Below, one piece after another: positions 24,160-36,606 of a stretch of DNA of 64,000 nucleotides; the first letter of the stretch is position 1, and every line of letters starts with the position of its first letter. Under the pieces are notes generated by a model, which was given only the letters and a program-made list of their open reading frames with translations, did no database searches and was not told where the DNA came from. The stretch spans positions 43,932,611-43,996,610 of the forward strand of contig NC_068998.1 in assembly GCF_001194135.2 (NCBI RefSeq). Direction: 5' to 3'. A program made the position numbers and the translations under genes. This stretch comes from Octopus bimaculoides (lineage: Eukaryota).

Positions 24160-24415
24160 AGGATTGGCCTGCAAGAGTCCTGTGCTGGTACCATGTAAAA
24201 AACACTCATGCTGTTACCACATAAAAGCATTCATGCAATGTGCCACAAAAACACCCAGCATACTCAGTAAAGTGGTTGGTATTAGGAAGGATATCCAACC
24301 TCAGAAGCCAAGCCAAGTCAGACTGAGCCTGGTGCAGCTCCCCAGCTTGCCAGTCCTAGTCAAACTGATCAACCCATGCTAGCAGGGACAACTGACATTA
24401 AATGATGATGAGGAG
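24160..24415 (+). mobile_element. SINE family C copy
   Basis: AAAACACCCAGCATACTC...GGTTGGTATTAGGAAGGATATCCAAC...AACCCATGCTAGCA...(ATG)n. Confidence 0.75.
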
Positions 24416-24444
24416 GAGGATACCTCTCAATTATACATGGAAAA

Positions 24445-24567
24445 AAATACCAGGTTCGAAATTTCCTCAAGACACCTGATAAAGGCTGGAGGGTACATCA
24501 GCCAAAACATTATGTTAACAATAAACAACATGAGGACAAATATCCGTCAAATGTAAATAATGTACAT
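24445..24567 (+). mobile_element. Family D 3' half with degenerate hammerhead
   Basis: GACAC-CTGATAA-A-GGCTG..CAGCC-AAAAC; flanks match the 14160-14290 arm. Confidence 0.8.
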
Positions 24568-24831
24568 TAGTGCTATTGTCTCAAGTTTATGAACTGCGAT
24601 CCTGGGCACTATATTTAGTTTATAATGCAAGTCCATACTTAGTTATTTAATAGATGGTAAATATGAGCAGTAAAATCTCCTTGGGCTATAATTATTTTAC
24701 GGTTGGTTAATCTGTGAAGGTAAATACTAGTGCATACTGATTATACACACATATATATGCATACACATACAAATATATGTACATACATGAATGCATATAC
24801 ACATATGTATGTAGATATATATATGTATGTA

Positions 24832-24878
<47 letters not shown>

Positions 24879-25789
24879 ATGTATATATGTAAGTGTGTGT
24901 TGCAGGAATTTTGATCTGAAACCATGAGTTGAAATTGATACTGTTCTAATTTGATAGGCTATTATTGCCATTAAGCACATGCTTGCTGGAGTGCTTTTTG
25001 TTGTTAACTAATTGTCCATAAATTTTTCATTACATAATTGTGAACTTTCCAATGATTTTAAATTCTCTAACTTATTTTCTTTTGCACATTATTCTGTTAA
25101 GCATACTGCACTGAGTGTCTGCATTAGACTTGTCTGCATTTGATACATCTTACCATTGACTTTCTCTTTCATTATTGGTACTAATTACTTGTTCATGCAT
25201 TCTCTTAGTTCTATTACATTCCATTGTTCACTCTATCTTCCTTACAGGCAAAAACTGCTGCTACCATCATTTGTTCTCTTCTATTACTCCTTCTCCCAAT
25301 GCATATAACTCCAATTAATTCATTTCTCTCACTTATTTCACTCTCATACTCTGGATTATCTATCATTACTATCTGTGCTTTTCACTTTCTTAGTCACATC
25401 ACTTTGGACAAAAGTAAATAAGACCGAGAGGACTCTTTGGTCCTGCAGGGTACAAATGCAACATCATTAGTGTTACTTTCAGAGTAAAATGCTTTCCTTA
25501 CATTTCATTACACTCAGTAAAGTACTTGGTGTTAAAAAGAGCAACCATCCATAGAAATCATGCGAAAAGTGGAATTTATTAACTGTCCTGAGGAGCAATG
25601 ATTTTGAATTAGAATTGAGATGGACAGCACTGTAACAAAAGTTTACTTTTTTTTTATTCTGCCTTTGGTCAGTAAGTGTTATTTCCTATTTGCTTCTGTC
25701 TAGAAATCAGAAGAAATGACTACTATTCCCTTCAAACTTTGCTTTTGTGACCTGGACATCAATGATTTGAAACTGACCTATTTCCCATT

Positions 25790-25990
25790 ACATTTCAGAC
25801 AAATTCAGTACTGAGTCGCTGAAGCAGAAATACCATTATAGCAAATATTCTGCTGAATACCACAGATTTGCTCATCAGTTGTTTGAGCTTAACCACTTGA
25901 GCATGTCCCTTAGTGGCATCTCTGAATATTAGCAGGAGTATTGGGGGAACATCATAACCATGTGTTGAGAGAGATTCATCAGGGTTGGAA
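25790..25990 (+). mobile_element. Family G fragment
   Basis: Homologous to the reverse complement of 18515-18612. Confidence 0.6.
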
Positions 25991-26339
25991 TAAATGGAAC
26001 AAAAGCAAAGTTTGAAGGAAATATTAGCCATTTTTCATATTTTCTGAGGGTAAGCAAATAGGAAATACCAGTTACTACCCAAGGATAAAAAAACTGTTAC
26101 ATAGTGCAATGGTAACTTGTCCAAAGTAGTACAACACAGAAACTGGATATAAAACAATCATTATGGTAGAGCCAATAATACACACATACACTCACATTTC
26201 AGAAGACAGATACCATCATTTTTAAAAGGCTTATTTTTCCTTTCTTTGGATCATACTGGTCAAAGAAGGGGTTTTCTTCTGTCTGCTTTGCCATAGGGAT
26301 CTTTATGGTTTTCATCACTGTTTACAATTGTCTTTAAAA

Positions 26340-26770
26340 AATATTTTATCATATCCTACAGATGTAATTTTTGATACTGAATCCGAGTTTGTTATTCAAT
26401 TATTCTAGAAAAATTTTGCAAAAGTATTATAGATATTCGAAGTTTGATAGTTTTCAAAATTTTCAACCAATCATAAAACAGCACGTTTGATGCCTCTTCC
26501 ATCAGTAGAGAGGAGGAGGGGTATCAGCATGTCAAAACATTAAACTAGGATTTTATAAAATAAGTTTTCTCGTACCTCCTTCTCTTCCTTGTGCGTATGC
26601 ACAGCATCTTTGGTTACTATGGAAAGAGTTCTTCACAATCAGCTATGCAACACGTGGTGCTTCTTTCCTTCAGTTACTATAGAAACAAAAATGGTGATGA
26701 TATGTAAAATATTCACTTCTGATAGGTTAATAGACCCAAATTTTGAAAATTTTAAAGTCAAATAGCTTTT
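26340..26770. mobile_element. Possible non-autonomous DNA-element remnant with imperfect inverted subterminal repeats
   Basis: TTTTCAAAATTT...AACCAATCA mirrored by TGATAGGTT...AAATTTTGAAAA. Confidence 0.3.
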
Positions 26771-27199
26771 TAATTATGGAGGAAGAGAGAAAATGAATTT
26801 CCTTTTCATAATTAGTGTACAAAACTTAATCCATATACTAAATTTGAAGACAATTGGAACAAAACTGTAAACAGCAATGAAAACCTTAAAGATCCTGCCA
26901 TAGTAGTTGGCAAGTTGATGAAGATACCCCACACAAGTACTCCAATTCATTTGCAGTGAGTTCTGCAATATCAGCTGCTTCACTAAAGGCATTATTAGAC
27001 AGCCTGAAGACGTCTCACAGAAGGTCCAAGTTGACCTGAGCTGGAGGTTCTTGGTTTCATTCCTTTCCTTCTGAATTGTATATTTATTCTGTTAACTGTG
27101 CCAAGAGGAATACCAAGGTTTTATGCAATCTCAAACTGACTGAGTCCACACTAAGATTGAACCCCAATATAGCCCCTTTGAAAATGACACAGAACTTAC

Positions 27200-27253
27200 A
27201 CTTCTGGTGTTTGCAGCATGGCTGGTTGTCATAAGCAACAAATATACTCTAGT
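27200..27253 (-). CDS. Candidate 54-nt exon (TRVYLLLMTTSHAANTRS), gene unknown
   Basis: Acceptor ATTATTTCTCATTTCAG, donor GTAAGT, a single open frame (phase 0-0). No homolog recognised. Confidence 0.3.
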
Positions 27254-27369
27254 CTGAAATGAGAAATAATAATACTTTGACAAGTCTGAAGCACCAGGTG
27301 GTGTCCACACAGATAAAAATGGTATAATGAAGGGGCTCTGTTTATCTTTAAGATGTCTCTGTGCGAGTG

Positions 27370-27700
27370 TATATATATATATATATTTATATATATATAA
27401 CACTTAACACACTATGAGAGTGATTCTATACAAAAGCATGTGCATATATATATATTTATACATACATATATATATGTATACATACATACATACATATATA
27501 TATATTCATACATACACATATATTCATACATACACATATATATATATATATTTATATATACATATATATATATTTATACATAAATATATATATATTTATA
27601 CATATATATTTATACATACATATATATTTATACATACATATATATTTATACATATATACATTTATACATATATACATATATCTATATATACATACATATA

Positions 27701-27738
<38 letters not shown>

Positions 27739-27900
27739 NNNNNNNNNNTATATATACATATATACATATATATATATATATACATATATATACCTATATA
27801 TATATATATATACATATATATACCTATATATATATATATATACACATATATATATATATACATACACAGATAGACAAACAGATATACATGCATACATACA
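27370..27900. repeat. TA/TACA compound microsatellite
   Basis: Directly visible. Confidence 0.95.
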
Positions 27901-28785
27901 TATATCAAATTCTTATATTCAGCATGTAAACATAAGCTTAAGTTTTATAAACATTCAGTTTATAAAACTGAACGTTTATAGTTTAGATTAAAAAATCCAA
28001 ATATGTTTGCTTATGCACATACGAAATACATGGGTACATACACACACTCACACACACATTCACATGCACACACACACACACACATACACACACATACTCA
28101 CTCACATACAGTGATTGTGCTGGTATGTAACTTATCATGAAATGATTTATCAAACACAATGTTATTTGCTACTTGTAAATGTATCCTTGAGTAATAGATG
28201 GTCGATTGTTAAGTTTTTGCCAACATCATTTCTCCCCAATTTATCTCACTTTAAAAGCAAAAAAAAAAAAAAAANNNNNNNNNNAAAAAAAAAAAAAAAA
28301 GTAAAAAAAAAAGAAGCAAATTATAATGGAAATAAACACTATCAAAAGCAATTCTTAAAGTGTTATTTTGATCTGAAAATACTATTTTCGTAGAATTATC
28401 ACTATGCCTGGAGTGATGTTTACTTTGTTTTTCCATAAGTTTTTGTTTCTTTTGTCTAACATTTTATTATTTATTTATGTATTTTTTGTTTAGTTTCTGC
28501 TCCTTAAATCTACTGTTAATGATAACACTGTAACAAAACACAAAATTTAAAAGACAAGAAAATGCCCAAAGCACAAGACTTCACTCTACTATTTGTTTAG
28601 TGTTGGCAAGTGCTGCAGAGCAGTCTGTCTTTTATACGGTAAGGTGCTGCTAGGTTGGGTTATCATCTTGATTTCGATTCTTACTTCCCTTTGTGTTATG
28701 GTACTCAGTGTTGCTTAAAGAAAAATTCCAAAAAAATGGTTCAGAAATTTATCCGAATATAATATTAATATTCTTGTGGTAATAT

Positions 28786-28940
28786 GCAGTGAGCTGGCAG
28801 AAACGTTAGCATGCTGGGCGAACTGATTAGTGGTATTTGATCTGTCTTTACGTACTGAGTTCAAATTCCACCAAGGTCGACTTTGCCTTTCATCCTTTCA
28901 GGGTAGATAAATTAAGTTACGTACTGGGGTCAATCTAATG
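28786..28940 (+). mobile_element. SINE family B, 3'-truncated, fused to family C
   Basis: GAGCTGGCAGAAACGTTAGC...GTCGACTTTGCCTTTCATCCTTTC. Confidence 0.85.
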
Positions 28941-29212
28941 GCATTATGTCGTGCTTGTGAAGGAGACCCATCAGACCAAGCAAAATCAGTTATGGCAGAT
29001 ACCCATGTCATGCAAATGGCACCATGCCAATGGCACCATGCAAATGGCACATAGAAGCACTCATTACACTCTCAGAGTGGCTGGCATTAGGAAGGACATC
29101 CAACCATAGAAAACCATGCCAAATCAGACTGGACCCTTCCAGCATGCCAGCCCAGTCAAACTGTCCAACCCATGCCAGCATGGATAAGAGACACTAAATG
29201 ATGATGATGATG
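28941..29212 (+). mobile_element. SINE family C with an internal 14-bp triplication (ATGCAAATGGCACC)
   Basis: Family motifs plus (ATG)n tail. Confidence 0.75.
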
Positions 29213-29256
29213 TTCGTATATATTCATATACATACACACATGCATTGTTATATATA

Positions 29257-29533
29257 CAAGTGTGACTCTGTGGTAAGAAATTTGCTTCTCAGCCATATAG
29301 TTCTGGGTTCTGTCCCACTACCGGGCACCTTGGAGTAGGTAGATGGAGACTGAAAGAAGTCTATCATATAACTGCTGGAGTTGTTGTGTGGTAAGAAGCT
29401 TGCTTCCCAACCACATGGCTCAGGGTTCAGTTCTACTTCGTGGCACCTTGGGCAAGTGTCTTCTACTATAGCCTCAGGCCGACCAAAGCCTTGTGAGTGG
29501 ATTTGGTAGACAGAAACTGTAAGAAGACTGTCG

Positions 29534-29590
<57 letters not shown>

Positions 29591-30000
29591 NNNNNNNNNN
29601 NNNNNNNNNNNNNNNNNNNNNNNNNNNNNNNNNNNNNNNNNNNNNNNNNNNNNNNNNNNNNNNNNNNNNNNNNNNNNNNNNNNNNNNNNNNNNNNNNNNN
29701 NNNNNNNNNNNNNNNNNNNNNNNNNNNNNNNNNNNNNNNNNNNNNNNNNNNNNNNNNNNNNNNNNNNNNNNNNNNNNNNNNNNNNNNNNNNNNNNNNNNN
29801 NNNNNNNNNNNNNNNNNNNNNNNNNNNNNNNNNNNNNNNNNNNNNNNNNNNNNNNNNNNNNNNNNNNNNNNNNNNNNNNNNNNNNNNNNNNNNNNNNNNA
29901 ATAAGTACTAGGCTTACAAAGAATAAGTCCTGGGGTTGATTTATTTGACTAAAGTCGGCGTTCAAGCATGGCCGCAGTCAAATGAGAAGAACAAATAAAA

Positions 30001-30035
<35 letters not shown>

Positions 30036-30235
30036 TGTTTGTCCCCTCACCACTACTTTTCAGCTGGCATTCATTTGTTTATGTCCCTGTAACTTAGCAG
30101 TTCAGCAATAAGAAGAATGATAGAATGAGTACCAGACTTAAAAGCAAGTATTAGGGTCAAATTGCTTGACCAAACCCTTCAAGACCAAACCCACAGCATG
30201 TTGACAGTCTAAAGGCTGAAACAAGTAAAACAATA
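29257..30235 (+). mobile_element. Cluster of three tandem family A pieces (head fragment, copy spanning gap 29591-29899, 3' half)
   Basis: Heads at 29257 and 29374; 3' ends near 30000 and 30231. Confidence 0.8.
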
Positions 30236-30737
30236 GAAAATATGGATGCTCTTAACAAAAGTAGTAGAAAAGCTGACTTCATACAAAAACACAATATTAT
30301 TAATTCATTGTACATTATTAAATGTACAGGTAGCAGAGTAGAAAATCAGATATAAAAATAAGTACTGCCAGAATTAACAGAATTTACTTGATGAAGCTGT
30401 GATGGTAATGATGATTTTTGTGATATTACCTCCAGAAAAAACATCTTCCAAAAATAGATTGGAAATCCTTGTCAAGGCTGAATGTTTCTAGATGCAATGA
30501 GTACTGTTGTGTTGGTGCAAATTTTCAAATTGACATTTTAAAATGTCCAATAAGCATGGCAGGTAGATGAGAAATGCATCCGTTAATAATTCTAATTCAC
30601 CGAAAGACATATTGAAGAATGTTCTCTGGAAAGTAAAGATCTTAGAATATTAACATAATGGGAATATTAAAGTTGAAGTAATCAAAGCATAAACTCCATT
30701 ACAATGATTGTGGTTTCTATCATGTGTGTATATGTGA

Positions 30738-30770
<33 letters not shown>

Positions 30771-30773
<3 letters not shown>

Positions 30774-31192
30774 TCTTTACTCTTTTACTTGTTTCAGTCA
30801 TTTGACTGCAGCCATGCTGGAGCACCACCTTTAGTCAAGCAAATCGACCCCAGAACTTATTCTTTGGATGCTTAGTACTTATTCTATCGGTCTCTTTTGC
30901 CTAACTGCTAGATTACGGGGACGTAAACACACCACCATCGGTTGTCAAGTGATGTTGGGGGACAAACACAGACACACAAGCATATACACACATATACATA
31001 TATATACATATATACGACAGGCTTCTTTCAGTTTCCGTCTACCAAATCCACTCAAGGCTTTGGTCGGCCCTAGGCTATAGTAGTAGACACTTGCCCAATG
31101 TGCCACTTGCCCAATGTGCCACACAGTGGGACTGAACCCGGAACTATGTGGTTCGTAAGCAAGCTACTTACCACACTGCCACTCCTACGCCT
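30771..31192 (-). mobile_element. SINE family A, full length, with a 16-bp internal duplication (CACTTGCCCAATGTGC x2)
   Basis: Near-consensus throughout. Confidence 0.9.
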
Positions 31193-31574
31193 ATGCATAT
31201 ATACATATATTTATACACACACACACATATATACTTCTTTTTTGCATTGGGTTTGCAAGATTCTTCATGTGAATTCATGTGTCGAAACAAATTTTGTTGT
31301 ATCTAGGATTATATGCCCAATATAATTAATACACACTCTGATTCAATTCCATTCATTTATTAGATATGTGATTTTTTTTAAATGTGTTTTTGTCAGAATT
31401 CTTTTGTTGCTTTTTGCAACCTTATATTGACTATCGATAGTCACTGAGAAGTTTGCAAAAAGCAATGAAAGAATTTTGACAAAAACAAAACAATCAAATA
31501 TTTCATAAATGTGTGGAATTGAACCAGTGTGTGTGTCTTAATTATATTGGCATGATGACTCTCCCTAGACACAA

Positions 31575-31856
31575 CAATATGTATACATATGTGTGTGTGT
31601 GTGTGTGTGTGTGTATGTACGTGTGTGTGTATCTCTGTGTGTGTGTATGTGTATATATAAGTATGTGTGTGTATGTATATATTTGTGTATGTATATATGT
31701 ATGTATATATGTGTGTATAAATGTATGTGTATATACATGTATGTACGTATATATGTGTGTATATAGGGCATATATATATATATATAAATATATGTATATA
31801 TATATGGATGTGTGTATATGTATGTATATATATGTACGTATGTATGTATGTAGGTA

Positions 31857-31935
<79 letters not shown>

Positions 31936-32110
31936 ACGTCTGTATGTGTATGTGTATATATATATATGTATATATATGTATATGTACACATGTATATATA
32001 TGTGTGTGTATATGTATATATGTATTTATATATATATATATGTGTGTGTGTGTATATATGTACATGTGTATGTATATGTATGTATATATGTGTACACACA
32101 CACAAGCACA
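31575..32110. repeat. (TG)n/(TA)n compound microsatellite
   Basis: Directly visible. Confidence 0.95.
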
Positions 32111-33627
32111 CACTTATAAATTAAAATCATAAAACAAGCATATTCTTTACATATACATATTTATTTCCTGATTGATAAGTTTGTGTGTGATTTTCTGTGT
32201 GTGTGCATATAAACATATAATGCCAGACTGAATCAAATACGCATTATGCCAGATAAACAGGATTGCATACCCAGACCGTTGTTTCGCTTGGTCATTTCTT
32301 CGGTCAACCGTGCAGATTTGGCAGATGGAAGGGAAAAATTAATTTTCGTATGACTCTGCATATTTCCAGTATAAAGTTGCATAATATGTTTTTGATGCAC
32401 AGAATAAAGAAAAGCTATAAACACACATGTGTTCACCGGTATATATGTGATTCTCCACTGACCTATTGAATTGTCCAATTACAAAAGTGATGAACAGATT
32501 AAATCTTGCAACAGTATATCTTTGAACCAATATGTATTAATAGCACAAGTTAAACCTAGACTAAAGTCCATGATTATTTTAATATAGCTATCCAATCAAG
32601 GTGGAAAATGGTATTGTTATTCCTAAATCAGATCAAGACCTCCATGAATTGCCATTCTAAATCACTTCCACTGAGCTTTATTAAAACATTTTACTCGTTC
32701 GTACTGATGTACCCATTCCATGTATACACACCCCCTTACATTCTATATCAGAATATCGTGATTCGACAAAGTAGAATAATTCTTGGTATTGTTCTTTGGC
32801 ATTGTCTGGTAATCAGTAATGAAGTGTGCTCTCCTAGATATATTCTGCTGAATCAAACTTCTTAGAAAACCATGATGTGGTTTCATGTCTCCCCATAAAA
32901 ATAACAAAAAAGCCCAAAAAAAAAACTTATAATAAAAATACAAAGTAATAATTATTAAAATAATGAAATANNNNNNNNNNNNNNNNNNNNNNNNNNNNNN
33001 NNNNNNNNNNNNNNNNNNNNNNNNNNNNNNNNNNNNNNNNNNNNNNNNNNNNNNNNNNNNNNNNNNNNNNNNNNNNNNNNNNNNNNNNNNNNNNNNNNNN
33101 NNNNNNNNNNNNNNNNNNNNNNNNNNNNNNNNNNNNNNNNNNNNNNNNNNNNNNNNNNNNNNNNNTATATAGTCTCTCTAAAGTGCAAGCATCTAAAAGT
33201 GGACGTCAAAATAATGATAATGATTACACCCGCACACATACAAACCTGTACAAGTGGATGTAAAAATGATGATTATAATAATATATATATATATATATAT
33301 ATACACACTCATACATAGACATCTATAAAAAAAAACACAGATACATGCACACATTCACTAATAGATACAAAAACTTGTCTGTGGTGTGTATACATATAAC
33401 CATGCCTCCAAACATATATTTATTTCTATGGACATACACATAGTTCCATACACATTTGTCTTGCATTTAATGTGTGTACGTTGGAGTCCAAATCAGTCTA
33501 AAATGGAGAGACTAAAGTTGAGTTCAGTGTGTGCTTCTGCTTGCTTTCTTTTTCATTTTGTATATAATCATCGACATACTCTTTTTTTTTTTTTATATAT
33601 TTATTTTATTCACTCAATTTCTAATAG

Positions 33628-33709
33628 ACTGAATGATGTGGAATCCATTACCAGACAATTTTATCTTCTTTCTCAGTGCTCTCAAAAACAACAGGACTTC
33701 TTGAAGATG
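33628..33709 (+). CDS. Candidate exon (LNDVESITRQFYLLSQCSQKQQDFLKM); alternative acceptor at 33677
   Basis: Two pyrimidine-rich AG acceptors, donor G|GTAAGA, open frame. No homolog recognised. Confidence 0.35.
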
Positions 33710-34033
33710 GTAAGATAAAGAAATTAAAATAAAAAAACTATCAAGCATTTTGTCTTTTAAAATATCATTATGATTTTATGTATGAAGTTGTTGAAACTGA
33801 GTTTTAAGAAAATGAATATCACATATGCACTTGCATATATTGTATGTACATAGTGGTATATTAAACTAAAACTGTGAGTGTGTACATATACTTGCACTTA
33901 TTTCGTGAGATATTTTAGATGCACATAACACATATATTCACACATATTTGTATATATATCTCTCAGTGTATGTGTACATATATATATGTATATGTGTGTA
34001 TATTTATGTATATGTGAGTGTTTATATACATAC

Positions 34034-34069
<36 letters not shown>

Positions 34070-34275
34070 GAGAGGTATTGGTATCCAGAAGACCCAAGGT
34101 GGCAGGTAATGCTATGTAAGTGCTATGAAAGGACTGTAGTTAAACTTTCGGTTCAATAATGATATGAGTGTGGAGTCTAATGCACTTCTTTTATGAGCAT
34201 GTATATGTTAATTAAAATGAGATAACAAAACCATGGTTGTGTGAAATATTCAGGACATTTATAAAGAGAAAGTTA

Positions 34276-34324
34276 GTCTTACAGCTGTTTCTGGCATATT
34301 AGGGATATCCCTTCATCAGAGGCG
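34276..34324 (-). ncRNA. Hammerhead ribozyme motif (family E, left)
   Basis: Minus: CTGATGA-A-GGGATAT(CCCTA)ATATGCC-A-GAAAC-AGCT-GTA|AGAC; one mismatch each in stems I and II. Confidence 0.65.
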
Positions 34325-34524
34325 ATGTATGATGGTTAAATAGAGGGAAACATTAGCGTTCAAAATGAGGAGAATATTAGAGTTCTATAACATTTTTATA
34401 CACTTTTATTTTTATTTCTAAATTTATTCTCCTATTTCCCTACATACTCCTCATTTGCTTCTTTTTCCAAAATAACTCCTCATATTGAACGCTAATATTT
34501 CCCTCTATTTAAGCATCATACATC

Positions 34525-34572
34525 GTCTCTGATGAAGGGATATCCCTAATATCCCAGAAACAGCCATAAGAC
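34525..34572 (+). ncRNA. Hammerhead ribozyme motif (family E, right)
   Basis: GTCT-CTGATGA-A-GGGATAT(CCCTA)ATATCCC-A-GAAAC-AGCC-ATA|AGAC; stems I and II perfect, C-A mismatch in stem III. Confidence 0.65.
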
Positions 34573-34852
34573 TAACTTTCTCTTTTTAAATGTCCTGAAA
34601 ATTCCACACAACCATGGCCTTGTTGTCTCATTTTATTTAACATATATATATATATGTATATATGTGTGTGTGTGTGCATATGTATATGTTTATATACAAA
34701 AATATGCGTATATATGTGTATGTACATGCATGTATGTATATATATGTATATGTGTATACACACTAAATTAAGACCAATTACGCATGGGATCTGTTATAGG
34801 CTGATAGCATTGTTGTTATAGCTTTAGTAGTATTAGAAAACTAATTTTAGAA

Positions 34853-35005
34853 TGTGGAAGCAAAACCTCAGACCAAAGGGCCTAAAAGTTAACTTAGCAG
34901 AAACCAAAGTCTTAGTAAGAAAATAGTGAAGACAGTGTTCCCATCAGAGAAATGGTCTTGCTTACTATATAGAAGAGGCTTGATAGAAACTCTATGCTTC
35001 TCAAA
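34853..35005 (+). mobile_element. RTE LINE RT fragment
   Basis: WKQNLRPKGLKVNLAETKVLV matches the RTE motif W...L..KGL.VN..KTKV. Confidence 0.7.
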
Positions 35006-35131
35006 TTCTCATCTCAAGGGTTTCGTATTATTCTGCAATGCAAATAGCACTTTACACAGACATTTCACTTTCGCTCATAGTCGATTTCAAAACAATCCTC
35101 AACCAAATAGCTAGAATTAGCACAACACTAT

Positions 35132-35571
35132 TCTCTTTTACTTTTTACTCTTTTACTTGTTTGAGTCATTTGACTGTGGCCATGTTGGAGCACCGCCTTT
35201 AGTCGAGCAATTTGACCCCAGGACATTCTTTGTAAGCCTAGTACTTATTCTATCGGTGTCTTTTGCCGAACCGGTATGTTACGAGGACGTAAACACACCA
35301 CCATCAGTTGTCAAGCGATGTTGGGGTGGGGGGACAAACACAGACACACAAATACATATGCACACATACATAAATGTATACACACACACACACATATACA
35401 TATATACGACGGGCTTCTTTCAGTTTCTGTCTACCAAATCCACTCACAAGGCTTTGGTCGGCCTGAAGCTATAGTAGAAGACACTTGCCCAAGGTGCCAC
35501 GCAGTGGGAATGAACCCGGAACCATGTGGTTGGTAAGCAATCTACTTACCACACAGCCACTCCTGCGCCTA
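35132..35571 (-). mobile_element. SINE family A, full length, young
   Basis: Near-consensus with retained CpGs. Confidence 0.92.
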
Positions 35572-36069
35572 TAGCTTATTTTCTTCAAAGTAAACTTCAG
35601 TTCTTCAGATTATATTTCTTTGCTTTGTATATCCAGCTATTCTGACAAATTATCATCTAATTCTTCAGTAGATAGGCCATCTCTTTCATTCCTGTCAACA
35701 GTTAATTCCGTGATATCATCTTCTCTAACAAATATCAAATCCACATCATGACTATGAGAGGAGGAAGTCAATGGTAACAAAGAAAGTAGAACATCAATTA
35801 CAAGTGGCTCAAGGGAGAATGAGTGATGACTGGCAGGACAGAAAGGGTAGTGATATATGTTGTAATAAGTTCTAATGTCATTGTAAAATAACACAGTAGA
35901 TACAAAGAGAAGCAATGGAGAGCTGCACTATTAGGAAGTGGGGGAGGGGACGTAGGTGTAGACTTGATAGGGATGTATTGGACAAAGGATGCAGATGTGT
36001 ACATACATATTATGTCTCCAACCTCCATTACTACCATCAATTTTGATGGATTCATATGTGCCCTCAAGT

Positions 36070-36212
36070 TCTTTCAGAACTGCATGTTACCCATCATCAC
36101 TGACATTTATATTCTCCTCCATGAGGATCAACGTCCTAAGATAAGTTTTCATAACTTCATTCCACCTCTTTTTAGGTTTTTCTCTTTCACAGGTTCCATC
36201 TAGTGTAAGCAA
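36070..36212 (-). mobile_element. RTE LINE 3' fragment (distal half)
   Basis: LTLDGTCEREKPKKRWNEVMKTYLRTLILMEE resembles L.V.GT..RGRP.K.W.EV...DL..L.L.EE. Confidence 0.7.
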
Positions 36213-36606
36213 TTTTGTGTGGCAGCGCAATGGCCCAGTGGTTAGGGCAGCGGACTCACGATCGTAGGATCGCGGTTTCAATTCCCAGACCAGGCGTTGT
36301 GAGTGTTTATTGAGCGAAAGCACCTAAAGCTCCACGAGGCTCCGGCAGGCGATGGTGGCAAACCCTGCTGTACTCTTCCACCACAACTTTCTTTCACTCT
36401 TTCTTCCTGTTTCTGTTGTACCTGTATTTCAAAGGGCCAGCCTTGTCATACTCTGTGTCACACTGAATCTCCCTGAGGACTACGTTAAGGGTACACGTCT
36501 GTGGAGTGCTCAGCCACTTGCACGTTAATTTTACGAGCAGGCTGTTCTGTTGATCGGATCAACTGGAACCCTCGTCCTTGTAACCGACAGAGTGCCATCA
36601 TCATCA
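36213..36606 (+). mobile_element. Young full-length tRNA-derived SINE, (CAT)n tail, AAGCAA target-site duplication
   Basis: A box TGGCCCAGTGG, B-box-like GGTTTCAATTCC, CpG-rich; TSD at 36207-12 and 36607-12. Confidence 0.85.

Larger units (their letters stand above)
34208..34640. mobile_element. Palindromic element family E: two inverted ~165-bp arms, each with a hammerhead motif
   Basis: Arms 34208-34373 and 34475-34640 are reverse complements with scattered substitutions. Confidence 0.85.

Noticed and set aside
25800-25885. Minus-strand TGATGA...CTGA box C/D snoRNA-like or HHR-like motif
   Set aside because: Lies within the family G repeat; no GAAA core and only a weak terminal stem.
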